From assembly GCA_039621445.1 (NCBI GenBank), contig CP154954.1, forward strand, positions 41,533,572-41,597,571: a stretch of DNA of 64,000 nucleotides. Direction: 5' to 3'. A model generated the notes under the pieces. It was given only the letters and a program-made list of their open reading frames with translations, searched no databases and was not told where the DNA came from. The stretch is from Euglena gracilis (Eukaryota). The first letter of the stretch is position 1. Each line of letters begins with the position of its first letter. The position numbers were made by a program, and so were the translations under genes. Below are positions 37,728-51,054 of this stretch, in pieces.

Positions 37728-37980
37728 CGTGTGTGCGGGTGGGTGGATGGGTGGGTGGGTGGGGTGGGTGGGGGTCACCCACCCCTAATTTGGTGGGTGG
37801 GTGGGTGTGGGTCCACATATGCATGCACCCATGCGTGTGCGCATGGGTGTGCCAAAGGGTGGTTGTTGTTGGGTGTACACAAGTGTGTGCCAGTGTGCGT
37901 GCTGGTCGCCTTGGATTGCCCCCTTGAAGTTGACTTTCTCAACGCACAGGCCGCCAATGGGGAATGGGTTGGGGGGGCCT

Positions 37981-40900
37981 TCAAAACAGCCTGGCCGCTG
38001 CCAGTTGCTGCTCCTCCTCCAGCTCTCGCACTCGCGCAGTGGCTGCCGCCAACTCCTGCTGCAGCACGGCCCGACGCTCCTCCTCACGGCCCACGACGTC
38101 CTGAGGGAGGCCCCAAGAGGTACGCAACTGCCTAGCGTATGGTCCGCGGTGGGGAGAACCCCCGGCCCCAAGAAGGCGCACCGCTGCGTGTGGATGCCGC
38201 GCACCTGCAACGACTCCGCTCGCGCCTTCGCCGCCGCCACGGCCCCCAGCAGCTCCGAGACCTTCGCGGCGGCGGCGGAGGCCTCGCGCTGCACATCAGC
38301 CAACTCCTGGCCCTGTGCCTCCACCAGTGCCTGATTAGCCGGGGGGGGGGGGGGGGGCAATGGACAAATGCAAAAAAACGTGGTGGAACAGAGATGTTGA
38401 GCAAAGTGGAAAGACAAGCAAGGTGGATGAGGAAAAGCTATTCGATAAACAAAAAAGTGGAGGTTTATTTGGTGTTGTGGTTTGGCATGATGTGCACCGT
38501 TGGAGCAGCAGTGCAGCGGGGAGAGCAGAGAAACAAATTTGAGGAAACTGGGAGAAACCCCTGAAAACTGTGGGAAATCGAGACATCACGGCAGCGAAAA
38601 TGTGCTCACCTGCTGCCGACTTGGGTCGGTGTCCGCCCCCAACACCTTTTCAGCAATCCCCCAAAAACCGGAGACAGCCAGGCACCCCAGCAGGCAGCAG
38701 GGGGTGGCGGGCCACACCTTCAGCTGCGCCACCTCCCCCTCCAGCGCGCGGACCGTCGCCTCGTGGCGGGCGATGGCGTCCTGGGCGACGCCCATCGCCG
38801 CGGCGTGCTGGCCCGCCTCCCGCTCGTAGTGCCCGACCTTCTCCTGTCGCAACCCCGCCGGCGGGAGGCGCGCCGGCCCCAAACATCATCGGCCCATTCC
38901 GGACCCCGGTGCACGCGAAGTGGCTCCTGCCTCCAGGGGTTCTCTCTGAGACCGAGGGGGAGTCCCACGGGCCAGCTGGAAAGAGGTGCTCAAAAAAAGG
39001 TGTTGGTTGGACCTCCCCCAGGGGCCAGGGGGGTCTGGCCGGCTGGCAGCTGGAGCTGGCAGGTGCACCAAAAACAGGGAAAAAAGCCCAAAATAAATCC
39101 AGGTTGGTATTTTTCAGGCAGAAATTGAGGAGAAACCCCAAAAACCATCAAACGTGCCATTTTGGCCATTTTTTGGAGCCTTTTCAAAAATTTTCGGTCC
39201 AGCCCGGCTCACAGGCTGGCCCGAAGTTTATGTCAGCGGACCCGGGGGGGGTTCCATAGCCCGGCTGGGAGCTGTTGGCTGGGAAAGAAAAGGTGTGGGT
39301 GGACCCCCCCGGGGGGGGGGGGGTCTGGGGGAGGGGGTCCGGTCCAGCCAGCTGGGAACAGAACCCGTACCCAGTGCGTACCCCCCCCCAAAAAATACCC
39401 CAAAAAGCCTAAATACAGCTGGGTTGGCATTCAGCCAAAATTTAACGTGAAACCCCAAAAAACCATCCCCAAAATGCCATTTTTGGCCGCTTTGACCCGC
39501 TTTTCAAAAAAAATTGCCGCTTTGCACCAAAAAAAACTTTATTACAGCCTGGTTTTGCTGGGCTGGACTCAACTTTATTCAGTGGACCTCCCCCCGGGGT
39601 CCACAAGCCCAGCTGGGAGGTGCTGGCTGGGGGAAAAAAAGGCTGCTGGCTGGCTACCCCAGGGGTTGGGTCCCCTCCGGCTTCCCTTCCGGAACCTGCC
39701 TGGCTCTGCAGTTTGAATTGGATTTTTTTTGCTGCTCGGGGGAGAAGGGTGTCCCCTCAACCTGTTTCCAACAAAAAATGCATTTTAGAAAACAAATGGC
39801 CCCTCCCCGGTCCATGGAAACAACTGGTCCATCAAGAATGATGTGCAGCATTTGGAGCGGGATGGAACACACCTCCAGCAAGGCAGCCCGTACCTGCAGC
39901 TCCGACAGCCGGGCCTAAGGTCCGAACGCAGCCGTTCCACACGAAACACGCAGGGGCGGTTGCCAATGAGGGTCCAAAGGGATACCAAGCTGGGGTTTCC
40001 CCCATCCGCCTTTCCTTCACATGGCAAATGTCCATGCAAGAGAAACTGGTGTGTAATGCAGAAGCGAAATTGTCCTCGCCTGAAAAAAGTCATTGTTTGA
40101 AAGATTTAAATATTGGTAAAAATGAAGTAAATGGCAAATTTTATTTTGTGTGGCAGGTGCATCTCAACAGCATTACGGGGCTTTGGAACACACAAACACA
40201 TAAAAACCGAACTTCCAAACTTCAAACATGCTCACTTCCATTTCCATTTTCTTGCCCTTGACCATGAGATAATGCAAAGAGATCTTCATGCTCCTGACCC
40301 TGCATCGGGGTCCTTTAAACATCAGGAGGAGTCAGAAGGCGAATTTGATTGGCACGCCTGCAGGTCTGCATTGTGGGCCTCCACCCGCTGCAGCTTCGGG
40401 CTCAGGGTTTGCCCCGCCGCCTGATGCTCCGAGCCGAGGGCCGCCATGGACCCCTGCGCGGGCGGCGGGCGGCCGCACGGCAGGCGCGGGGGGACACGGA
40501 TGGCACTTCTCGCAACGGACGCCATTGTGAAGGACAAACTGAAAGTGAAGGGACCTTCCCTCGTCCCTGCCTCCGGAGTGGAATGCGTCCGCTTGGTGGT
40601 TGCAACGTCACTTTTGGCGGGGGGGGGGGGGGAACTGCAAACAGCAAACGAAGCAATTCGCTCATCACCGACCTTAAATGAAAATGGGGGGCAGCCACCG
40701 TTGGGCGTCTTCTGCCATTCCCCGTGCCAGATGACATCTGGTGGATACTTGAGGGAATTTGACTTTTTCTTTCGCAGATCAGTCCTGTGTTTGCAATGTC
40801 ACAGTTTGTCGCAGCAGGGCTGGTGGGTGCACCCCCAGAATGCACAACTGATGGAGCAGGAGCAGACAAACGGGCTTCGCCGGGTTCTGGTTTCCACAAG

Positions 40901-43900
40901 TAGCGTTAGAAATATGGACGACAATGGACCCGTAGCATTTCATTTGGTCGAAGGACTTCAGACCAGCCTTCAGTTCGCGCTCTGGGTGACCACAACAAGG
41001 TTCGACCCTACATTTTTTTGGAAAAACGTTGCACATGTTCGGGTGTGTGCACAGCAAGAAGGAGGGGATGAGAAAATGCACATCTCCTTACACTCACATC
41101 CCAAAAAAACCAATGCAGGTGCGGGGCACCTTCAGGTGGGCCACTTCTCGCAGCTGAGTCTCGAGCTGCGCCGTCAGCCGGACCACTTGGCCCTTGACCT
41201 CCCCAAGGTCCGTCTCTGCCTGCGCTGTAGCCTCCTGCCTCGCGACGAGCTGAGTCTGTGTGGCGTGCCACGTTTGGACAATCCACCCAGGCTTCTTTTT
41301 ACCAACCCCAGGGTGGAGGGGAGCGCCTTGTGCTAATTGCAGGTGCACCCTTCCCGGGGGAATGGGTCGGTTTTCGGCCACGGCGCCTGCCGACCAAGCA
41401 AATCTTCACTTGAAAAATGGCCATTTTCGGCCACTGGCGCCTTTGGTGTCGGGGTGGGCGGCATAACACCACACACCCCCAAACCCAACCCCCCCGGGGG
41501 GTCGAATGAATGTGCCCTACCCCCCCCCTGCCTGCCATAGCACCCACCCAGCCTGGGGGTGCAACCCTCCTGAAAAAGAAGCTTGCACCCATCGAAAGAC
41601 ATACACCCCATAGGCTGGCAGAGGGGACAGAGGCAACACACCTTAGCCACCAACAGTTTGGCTTCCAAGTCAAGGGCAGCGGCGTCCCAGAACACCAAAC
41701 CTCAGAGCTTACCTCAGTCAAGCACCCTGTGATCCCATTCCAACTCCCATCCGTGCATCGAGGTGGTGTCCGCTGCAAAAAATGCCTGGTTGTGCAGTCA
41801 GCCCAGGGAACATTGGAGGGAGGGGGACTGGTTGGGGTGTCTGCGGGGCGCCGGACCCCGCTGGCTGCCGACCTGCATCTTCAGAGGCCCCACCTCCGCC
41901 GCCTCCCGCTGCAGATCCGCAATGGTTCGGTCCTTCGCCTCGCATGTCCCCTGGGGTGAATGGTGGACGAAGGAGGGGGGGGGGGGACGAACCCCCAAAA
42001 CCCCATTGATGTCACCACAACCGCTTCTTAACCCCCTGAGGTGGCAAACGTCAATGCCGGTTGTGCGTTTTGCAGGTAACAGATGAATCCAAGGTGTTTG
42101 GAGTCCAATGCTCCAATGGAAAATTGGTTGGTTGAAAAAAAAACAAAAAAAGACGACAACTTTGAAGACAAGGGGAAAGCTGCTTTTTTCAGAGGTGGAG
42201 ACACACAAAGGAAACAATTTGAGTCAACGAGAGGTGGCCCAGACAGACTACCACCTCTCTCAAGATACATGGATCACAGAAAAGAATGCAGAGTGAATAA
42301 ATGCCAAGGTATATCACGGTATATCACATAATATGATTTGAATATGGGTAAAAAAAATGAAATCTCATATTAGCTGCACGCAATTGGCTTGTTCCTTTGC
42401 GCATTTGGCTTGTTCCTTTCCGCATTTGCGCAAAGACACCACTTTCTTGAAAGCCCAATAAAGTGGCACCGAGACATGTGAAATGATGTCAGGGTGTGGT
42501 CTAGTCGGGTGCCCCAGGAGCCCAGGGGGAAGTGCAATGAACGTTAGGATGTGTTTAGGATAACGTTTTGAACGTTAGGATGTGTTCGGGAACCTCATCA
42601 ATGGGGGATGTTGCAGGTGAGACCCTTTCATCGATGAGAAATTCCAATCTCTAACCGTTTCATTTTGAAAAGCACACTCCTTCCACTACAAATTTCAAAA
42701 AAAAATGTCCGGGTGTTGCAGGCAATCAAAAAAAGCATGCAAAGGGATAGTGCTGTCACGGCCTCCAGAACACCACCTCCAGTCCTCCTAGCACCAAGTT
42801 GGAAACCACCTGGGTTGACCCCCAGGAAATGAGAATTAACAAAACGAAACCCCCGATTTTGTCTGTCAAATTCTGACTTTTCGATGGTGAAGGTGCACAT
42901 ATGGATGGCTGGTGTGTAACCAGAAGTTAAAAACCCTGGACCCTGACAACCCCCCAAAATAAAACTCGTGTTCCTTTGCACAAATAGTCCAAATGTGAGA
43001 TCGGTCACCTGGAAATGCAACACCATTGCAATGTTCCTACACACATGAATGTAACATGAGACAGACGAACAATGCTTGTCTACACCCCCCATTTGTAAAC
43101 CCCCGGGGGTTTATAGGATCCGGTTTGGTTGGACGCCCGAATGGGGGCCGAATGGGTTATAGGTCCCGGAAATGTTGGTGAAAATCCGACACCCCCCAAA
43201 ATTGGCAATTTGGCAAATTTGGTCAAAAATGGTATTTTTGATGATGGTCGGTGTCAAAAAATTGGCAAAAAATCAGTTTTTTTTTGGGTGGTTTGCGGCC
43301 GAAAAAAAACGTCCCCAGAGGCTTTCATTTCTCTTCCGCAGGGGGGGGGGGGGTTATAAGTGCAGGTTTGGTTGGTCAGCCCGAGGGGGTTGATAAGTGG
43401 GGGGGGGGGTTTGAGTGGTATCAGGGGTGCCAGACCTTGAGCGTCGCCACATCTGTCTCGCGGGTCAGCAGCTCCGTCCGCAGTCTCTCCCTCGATGCCG
43501 CCTCGTGCTGGAGGTCCCGCTTCGTCTGGCCCAAGGCGTTCTCCTTCACCTCCAGCTGGACCTGTGCCCAACCCCCACACGGCGCAACCCACGATGCCCA
43601 CGGCATAGTGCCAAACGGTAGACTGGGGGGGGGGGGTAGTGGGTAGTCGGCCGACTAGTCGGCCGACTACCCAATTGGTCCACCGACTAGTCGGCCGACT
43701 AATTGGTCGGTAGCTAGTCGGCGGGGGGGTAGTGGGTAGTCGGCCGACTAGTCGGCCGACTACCCACTCTAATGTACTAACGGGTCAAAACCGCCGACTT
43801 TTAAGCCCCCCCCCTGGGAAAAAAAATTTGTCTAAATCACCTCAACGCCGGTCAAAACCCACCCAAATGGCTCCAGAACCCCCCAATCGGGGGTGAATAT

Positions 43901-46900
43901 GCAAAAAAATTGGGGGAAAATGTCCATTTTGGGCCACTTTTGACAAAAGTACACCTCTCCCCATGAATTTTCAATATAAGTCAAAATTTGCACAAAAAGT
44001 CGGCCGACTACCCACTCTAATGTACTAACGGGTCAAAACCGCCGACTTTTAAGCCCCCCCCCTGGGAAAAAAAAATTGTCTAAATCACCTCAACGCCGGT
44101 CAAAACCCACCCAAATGGCTCCAGAACCCCCCAATCGGGGGTGAATATGCAAAAAAATTGGGGGAAAATGTCCATTTTGGGCCACTTTTGACAAAAGTAC
44201 ACCTCTCCCCATGAATTTTCAATATAAGTCAAAATTTGCACAAAAAAAGGGTCTTATCCCTCCAAGTCTATTGCCAACATAGAAGGGATTTTGTTATTTG
44301 AGGGGGGGGGGTGCGGGGGGGGCGGAGGCCCCCCCCGCCTATGCCAAAGTGAGCCACAAAAACGACTTAGCCCCCGAGTATGTTGCAAACACAGAAGGGA
44401 TTTTGTTATTTGAGGGGGGGGGGGTGGGGGGGGGGGGGAACCGCCCCCGACCCGCCTATGCCAAAGTGAGCCACAAAAACGACTTAGCCCCTGAGTATGT
44501 TGCCAACAGAGAAGGGATTTTGTTATTTGAGGGGGGGGGTGCGGGGGGGGCGGAGCCCCCCCCGCCTATGCCAAAGTGAGCCACAAAAACGACTTAGCCC
44601 CCGAGTATGTTGCCAACAGAGAAGGGATTTTGTTATTTGAGGGGGGGGGGTGCGGGGGGGGGCGGAGCCCCCCCCGCCTATGCCAAAGTGAGCCACAAAA
44701 ACGACTTAGCCCCCGAGTATGTTGCCAACAGAGAAGGGATTTTGTTATTTGAGGGGGGGGGGGTGGGGGGGGCGGAGCCCCCCCCGCCTATGCCAAAGTG
44801 AGCCACAAAAACGACTTAGCCCCCGAGTATGTTGCCAACACAGAAGGGATTTTGTTATTTGAGTCTCGGATTGGGGTGGAGGGGGGAGTTTTCTGCCTCT
44901 CGTGATGCAAAACGCAGATTGCAGTTTGCATTTCTAAAGGATTTTAATGTAATCCCTGTTTCATCATTGGTTTTTTACCCCTCCGGACCCCCATCAAGGG
45001 CACACCGACCCCCCACTGACCAAAGATTTCCATCTGGGGGTGTTTATTTAGGCGTAAGACACTTATTTGGACCCATCCGGACCATTTCCGGGTGATTTGG
45101 GCCCGCCACAGGCCATTTTTATGACCGCCGACTAGCCACCGACTAGTTTCCATTGGATTTTGTTCATGGGGGGGGGCTTAAAAGTCGGCGGTTTTGACCC
45201 GTTAGTACATTAGAGTGGGTAGTCGGCCGACTAGTTGGCCGACTACCCACTACCCCCCCCCCCCGTCTCGCCGACTAGCTACCGACTAGGACTAGTCGGT
45301 GGACCAATTGGGTAGTCGGCCGACTAGTCGGCCGACTACCCACTACCCCCCCCCCCCAGTCTACCGCCTTGCGCCCCACGGCATCACCGCGACCGGGGGA
45401 GCCCGAGGAACAATGCAGTCCGGGCCGAGCCGAGCAACACGTCATGCTTCCGCGGCCGGACACCGCTGGACTGTTTTCGGAAAGCCGGGGAGCGGCGCTG
45501 GGGACCTGCATGGCCCGCTGTGCGGCCACGGCCTCCTGGGCCCGCCCTTGCCACGCCTGCCCCTCCGCCGCCGCAGCCTCCAGGTCCGCCCGCAGCTGCC
45601 GCACCTCCTTGCCCCGGCTCTCCAGGTCCACCTGTGGGCCGGCGTTTTGTGGCGGCGCCTGCTGACCTGCGCTGGATTGACCCTGTTTGTGTGGCTGCCT
45701 GTTTGTCAGCGGATTGTGCCTGGTGGATGAGGCTCCACAGAAAGGCACGGTGCGAAGGCCGCCAACACACTGTTGGCCGGAGCGGGAGATTCCTGTCAAG
45801 CGACGCCACCGGTGACTTATTTCTTCGTTTAATATTGGGCACAAAATTAAAGGCATTTGCACCAGGCATAAAGCCAAAGAACTCACAGGGACCAAGGAGC
45901 ACAAATTCAAACGACACAAAGCACCTGCAGACTCATCCCCTTCTCACTTCCACAAAGTCTATGGAGCACAAGCCGCGGGAGAGACTGCTCGGCTTTTGTG
46001 GAGCTTCCATGTGCCTGCACCGATGACTGCACACCTTCATTTTGGTGGAATCCCGGGCCAGTTTGGACAGGGCCTGGTGCAGTTGCTCCTTTTCCGCCAC
46101 CTCGTGGTCGAACCGGATCTGCAGCGTGCCTAGCTGGGCCTCCTTCGCCACCAGTTGTGCCTGTGTGAGGTCGCACTACTGCGTGGTACGAGATCGTGTG
46201 AGTCGCGGCTTTTGGGAAAGACAAATCGGCCGGTGGTTTGGTGGAAGCACAGCGGCTGGGGGAGACTTGACAACGGGAGTTGATGGGGATTTCAAAAATC
46301 CCATGCCTGGTTGCGGGCTTCCCCCCACCAGTCCAGGGCAAACTTTCCACTGTGAAAAAACTTCGAGTCCGAAACAGCTTTTGCTCAACAGGAAATGGCA
46401 TTCCCAGTGTGTTTGGCGCCAGGAAAAAAATGCTGAAAAGTCGGCCGGTGTTGGCACGGGCTCCTTGGCCGCCACAACCCCCCCCCCCCAAGGGGTTTGG
46501 GGCGTCCCAGAGACCAAAATCAGCGGGATCTGCAGCTGGGCCCCAGAGCCGAACCCCAACGCGCTGGGGTGGGGGGCTGGCTGCTGGATCAAGCAAAACA
46601 CGCCCGGCAACGAATGCATCAGGCAACTCAGGGTGGGCCATACCTGCAGCTCACTGCGCTCTGCCCCCGCCTCCTGCAGCCGCGCCTTGAGGTCCTGAAG
46701 GGGCTTGGGGGAGACGGCCGCCTCCTGCAGCTTCGCCGCCTGCGCCTCCCCCTGCTGCAGCGAGTGCTGTGGCGGACGGAGCGGTACACAACACACGACC
46801 ACTGGGGAAAACCGGCTCGGTGGTCCCCTCTGTCAGATCGCTCCGGGGGGGTGAGGGGATTTCACTCAGGGGGAGGGTTTGCACGCATGTGCACTCACAA

Positions 46901-49900
46901 GACGTATCGGGATGAAGTCCATCCAAAAAAGCCGCAACTGCACGATAACGATGAGAATTATGCTCCTTTGTCGCATCAATGAAAACCCCCAGCAGAATGG
47001 ACTGGGGGGAAAGACATCCCCCCCCCCCCCCCCCCCGCCCGCAAACCTCGATCTCCGCCGTCTGGAACCGCCGTTCGAGGTCCCACAGCGCCTTCTCCTT
47101 CGCCTGCAGCTGGCGGAGGGCGGCCTCCAGCTCCGCCTTCAGGGAGGTCGTGGTCATCTCCGCCAGGGCGTGCTGTTGGATGACAATGTGTGGGGCTCCC
47201 CGTTCCGATGCCCTCCCACATGCCATCGCGCTTAGCGCCAAAGAAAATGCATTAAAAGTCACAGAAATGTGGAAAATGGAACTTTATGCAAACATTGATT
47301 TGGTTGGGCGGTTCAGGCAGAAGCTGCTGTCAAAAACTATAGTTTGAAACCTGACTTTAAATGAGGGGAAGCAGCTACAAAAGGGCCATTGGTTAATTCC
47401 ATTGGCGACGGAAATTCCGAATTCGCCTTCTTTTCCAGCCAGCATCCTTTGAACAACACACACGTGCGCAAGCACACAAATTGGTCGCAGCTCCCTGGGA
47501 TGGCATGAACTTTCACGACACATGCACCAATAGCGGGAACAGACTGCCAATAATCGTGCGATTAACGAAATTTCAAGGTCCCCAAAAACCTCAAAACACA
47601 GTAACCCCCCCAAATATACCCCTCTCCCAAGTATAAAGCCCCCCCCCCAAATATAAAGCCCCCTGGGGGGTTTGGGTTTGCCGCCCAAATATAAAGCCCC
47701 CCCCCGACATGGAGCCAGAAGCTGGTGCCATCCAGAAAAAAGTAGAAAATTTTTGGGTGGATACAACTTTTTTTTTTCACCAGAAATGCTCCATTTCGGA
47801 TAAGAATTGCACATTTCTGCGAAAAATGGGAGGTACACAAAAAAATTTTGGCATAAAATTGGTATTTGGCCACAATTGAAGGCTGACAAAGGGTCACAGA
47901 GGACACCTCAAAAAAAGAATATAAAGCCCCCCCCCCCAATATGAAGCCCCCCTGAGGGCCTTGAAATCCCGTCCAAATATAAAGCCGGGGGGATTTACAT
48001 TTGAGGGGTTTATATTCTTTCTATTCTGAGCCATTTCCATCCAACTTTTTGTGAAATTTTATGTAATCAAAAACCACCAGCAAATGCGTCCAGCAGATGA
48101 GGTCCAAATCACCGGAGTCAAGGCTGAGACACATGCAAACCCATTGACCTGTGCGTCAATATCCTCCAATTGAAGTGGCCTCTCCCGCAGCAATAGTTCA
48201 GTTTCCTCCAACCGCTGCAACGCTGTGTCCAGCTCGGGCTCCAGTTTCATCAACTCGGCTATCTGCAAGTGAAAGATGAAAGCCTAATGCTGGTTCTGCC
48301 CGCCTTGGAAACTTGTCAAAAAAAAACAGAGGACCAAAACGGGCATGGAGGCAGGGTGGGATCTAAATGGAAATGCACCTCCCCACCGCCCGCAGAGTGA
48401 GGTGGAGGTCCACAGTGAATGCTCCTGCGCTTCAATTGGCAATTGCGGGGGTTCAAATAGGTGAGGTACAAGCTTTAGCAGGACACTGAGATTGCTTGAA
48501 ATGTGCAAATTCATGCCCGGATAATTCCCCTCAGGGCGTCCATCCAGCTGGCAGCCTGTTATGACCTCGGACCCCAACGCATTGGGCCTGTGTTTTTTAG
48601 ACTGAGAAGCAAACCCAGGAATTCAGTTAAAAGAAGTGTGATTTCGATGTTCAGACAGGGGCACCCATGTCAGGTTCCACGTCAGAAACTGAAATATTCA
48701 GCGGCATAGAAGAAAGACAGGACCTTGACCCGGAGAAATCAGCAAATTATGCGAAAAATTGGTTAAGAACCAGAAATTGAGGATTGTCAACGTTGGCGAC
48801 ACCACACAGCCACCCTTTGGTTGGACAGGACTTTAAAATCACTCAAGGAGTATCAGAACTTCCTACTATTGCATTGCCCAGTTGTGATGAAAGCCTTTTG
48901 GGTTTGATCTGGGATTGAATCACACAGTGCACAGGTGTGTACGCTGTGTGATCAGCGTACACCCCTAATAGCAGTCGGCTCCTGTGGGGTGTAGGTTAAT
49001 TTCAATATCTAATTCACCCGCATTCATTTTGCAAAAATCTTGCGAGCTACCACCACCTCCTGGGGGTATGTTTCAACTTAACTGCATCTTTCCGTGGCCC
49101 AATCAGGGGTTTTTTAAAGACCGGGGGGAGGGGGGGGAGGTGGTCGCACCCACCCACCCACCCACCCCCTGGAGTAGGCCCTCCCCAGGGGAGGGGGGGG
49201 GGGTCCCGGGGGACCCACCCACTTTTGCCCAAAAAAATGCTAAAAATAGCCCCTTTTTCAAAATTTTCGGCGCCTTCGGCGCCGAAAAAGATATACCCAC
49301 CAGCCCCTACCCCCACCCCCCCCCTCCCCCCTCCCCCGGGGAGGGGCCCAAGACTAAAAAAACCCCTGGGCCCAATCCAAGGGTCGAATTATTTGAGAGG
49401 GCATTCAGAACTTTTGGGAATGAGCTTATTCAGGACTTTCAAATTCAGCCACCCTTCTCAACCATGACAAAAAGAGGTGAGAATTGGGTCGAGTGTTTGG
49501 GGACTTAGACACCCAGAGTTATAACCCCCCACTTGTAAACCCCCCGCTTGGGCTGACCAACCAGCCCCCTTGACTAAACCCCCCCCCCAGGGAAGAAAAA
49601 TGAAGGACACCAGGGACGACTTTTTGGGTAGCAAACCACCCAAAAACTAATTTTTTTGCAATTTTTGAGACCGACCATTATCAAAAGTGCCATTTTTTCC
49701 AAAAAAATTTCTAATTTGGGGTTTTGGGGTCGGATTTTCACCAACAATTCCTTGAATCATAAGCCCCCAAATATAAACCGATCCTGTATACCCCGGGGGG
49801 GTTTAAGCAGGGGAGGGGGGTACCTTGGCCTCGGCCAACTTCAATTGCCCTTGAAGGTCCTGCACGGCACGCTCTTTGGTCTGCAGCCGTTCTGCCATGG

Positions 49901-51054
49901 TGTTCATCATTGTTTGGACGTCCTGGTGTCCCTGCAGGGGAGGATAGACAGTGGACGGAAGTTGCGTACATGCGTCCATTTTACTTTGTCAAGGATGACT
50001 GTTTTGTGGGGCTGTTTTGGAAAAAAACAAAAGAACAACTGGCAAAGAGATCTTGAGCATGGAAGCACCTGGTTGTTGAACATATCAAGCTGGTTTTGTA
50101 GCCGGAGAATTTCTTCGCCTTTTTCTTGGAGCATCTCCGCAAAGTGGTCATTTTCGGTTTGAAGACGATTGAGCTCCACTTGCTGAGATAATATGAGAGT
50201 GCCCGATGAGAAGAGAGGTTAAACCCCCCAAATAATCCCCCCCGGGGTATTATTTTTTCGCCCGAAGTCCCAGCCCGAGGGGGTGGGGTATTATTTGGGG
50301 GGGGGGGTAATGGCACCCCAAAATTTTCGAAATTTTTTGAAGTCCCGTAGGAGCCAAAATAGCGCCAAAGCCGCCCTTTGGGTCATTTTTTGTACTTTCT
50401 TATGAAATTTACCATTTTTTGGAGACCAGATGATCAGAAAAATCGATTTTTTTTCGAAGTTTGTTGTCAGAGATTGTGATTTTTGCCTACATTTTCAGGT
50501 CAAAATCCAGGCCTTCGGTCCGAAACCGGGGGGGATTAACCCAGTTACCGAACTCAGACCCCGAGGGGGGGGATTGTTTGGGGGGGGGGTATTATTTGGG
50601 GGGTATTTGGGGGGGGGTAACCAACTGGAATGGTTGATTGCAACATTTTGTTTTGTGGGTTTTGAGATTTCATATCTGAATCTCAGAATGATGGTGCATA
50701 ACTTATATCACTCTTGCTTTTTCAAAAAAACTTATGTATACTTCCTGCTTAAACAAAATGGGCGCAAAAAAAATTATCCAAGTAACTGAAAAAAAAGAAA
50801 ATAAAGATTTTGACCAAATTGGAAAGAGAGCGGATATCGGCGTAAATGCATCTGGTTGCTCTGGCCAATGCGCCATCATGCAAGTTGTTTTTCCCCCAAC
50901 TTGCCATGAGTGTGGTGAGTCTCCCTCAATGCAGACATATGCACACCATCCTTGTCCGAGGGTCAGTGCCGATCACTTGGTAGGGCTCCGCCCGAGACTT
51001 CGTCATGGGATAGGTGGATTCAAGAGGGGACACAGGCGCCCGCATCCCTGACAC
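37981..51054 (-). CDS. Multi-exon long coiled-coil protein (5' end not located; 3' end may extend to 36722)
   Basis: Exons with AG acceptors and GT/GC donors, all phase 0: 51054-50977, 50182-50069, 49931-49824, 48262-48149, 47172-47047, 46766-46644, 46160-46035, 45631-45506, 43561-43436, 41950-41873, 41255-41130, 40453-40358, 39914-39894, 38843-38718, 38330-38205, 38100-37981 (TGA). They join into a continuous E/Q/L/A/K/R-rich heptad sequence (e.g. LKAELEAALRQLQAKEKALWDLERRF). Confidence 0.85.
43090..43412. mobile_element. Dispersed repeat/MITE family, also at ~6975-7215 and inverted at ~49518-49808
   Basis: Shared blocks ATCCGAC-CCCCCCAAA, CAAAAATGG..TTTT, AAAAATCAGTTTTT..GGGTG and TTGGTTGGTC.GCCC. 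Confidence 0.75.
43621..45361. mobile_element. Foldback-like non-autonomous DNA element with ~190-bp TIRs and internal tandem repeats
   Basis: 43621-43813 is the inverse of 45168-45361; flanked cggTA...TAccg; contains a 248-bp duplication (43751, 43999) and about five ~112-bp units (44270-44862). Confidence 0.88.
47600..48015. mobile_element. Probable MITE with repeated CCAAATATAAAGCC motifs
   Basis: Motif repeated about six times, with inverted copies at the right end. Confidence 0.6.
49104..49368. mobile_element. hAT-type MITE
   Basis: TIR CAGGGGTTTTTT / AAAAAACCCCTG; perfect 8-bp TSD GGCCCAAT (49096-49103, 49369-49376). Confidence 0.88.
50219..50620. mobile_element. MITE family (CCAAATAATACC motif), copy 2
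   Basis: Reverse-complement homolog of 36167-36567. Confidence 0.8.

Noticed and set aside
44270..44862. Regular repeats resembling a CRISPR array
   Set aside because: The whole ~112-bp unit repeats, with no unique spacers and no cas genes; the context is eukaryotic and inside a TIR element.
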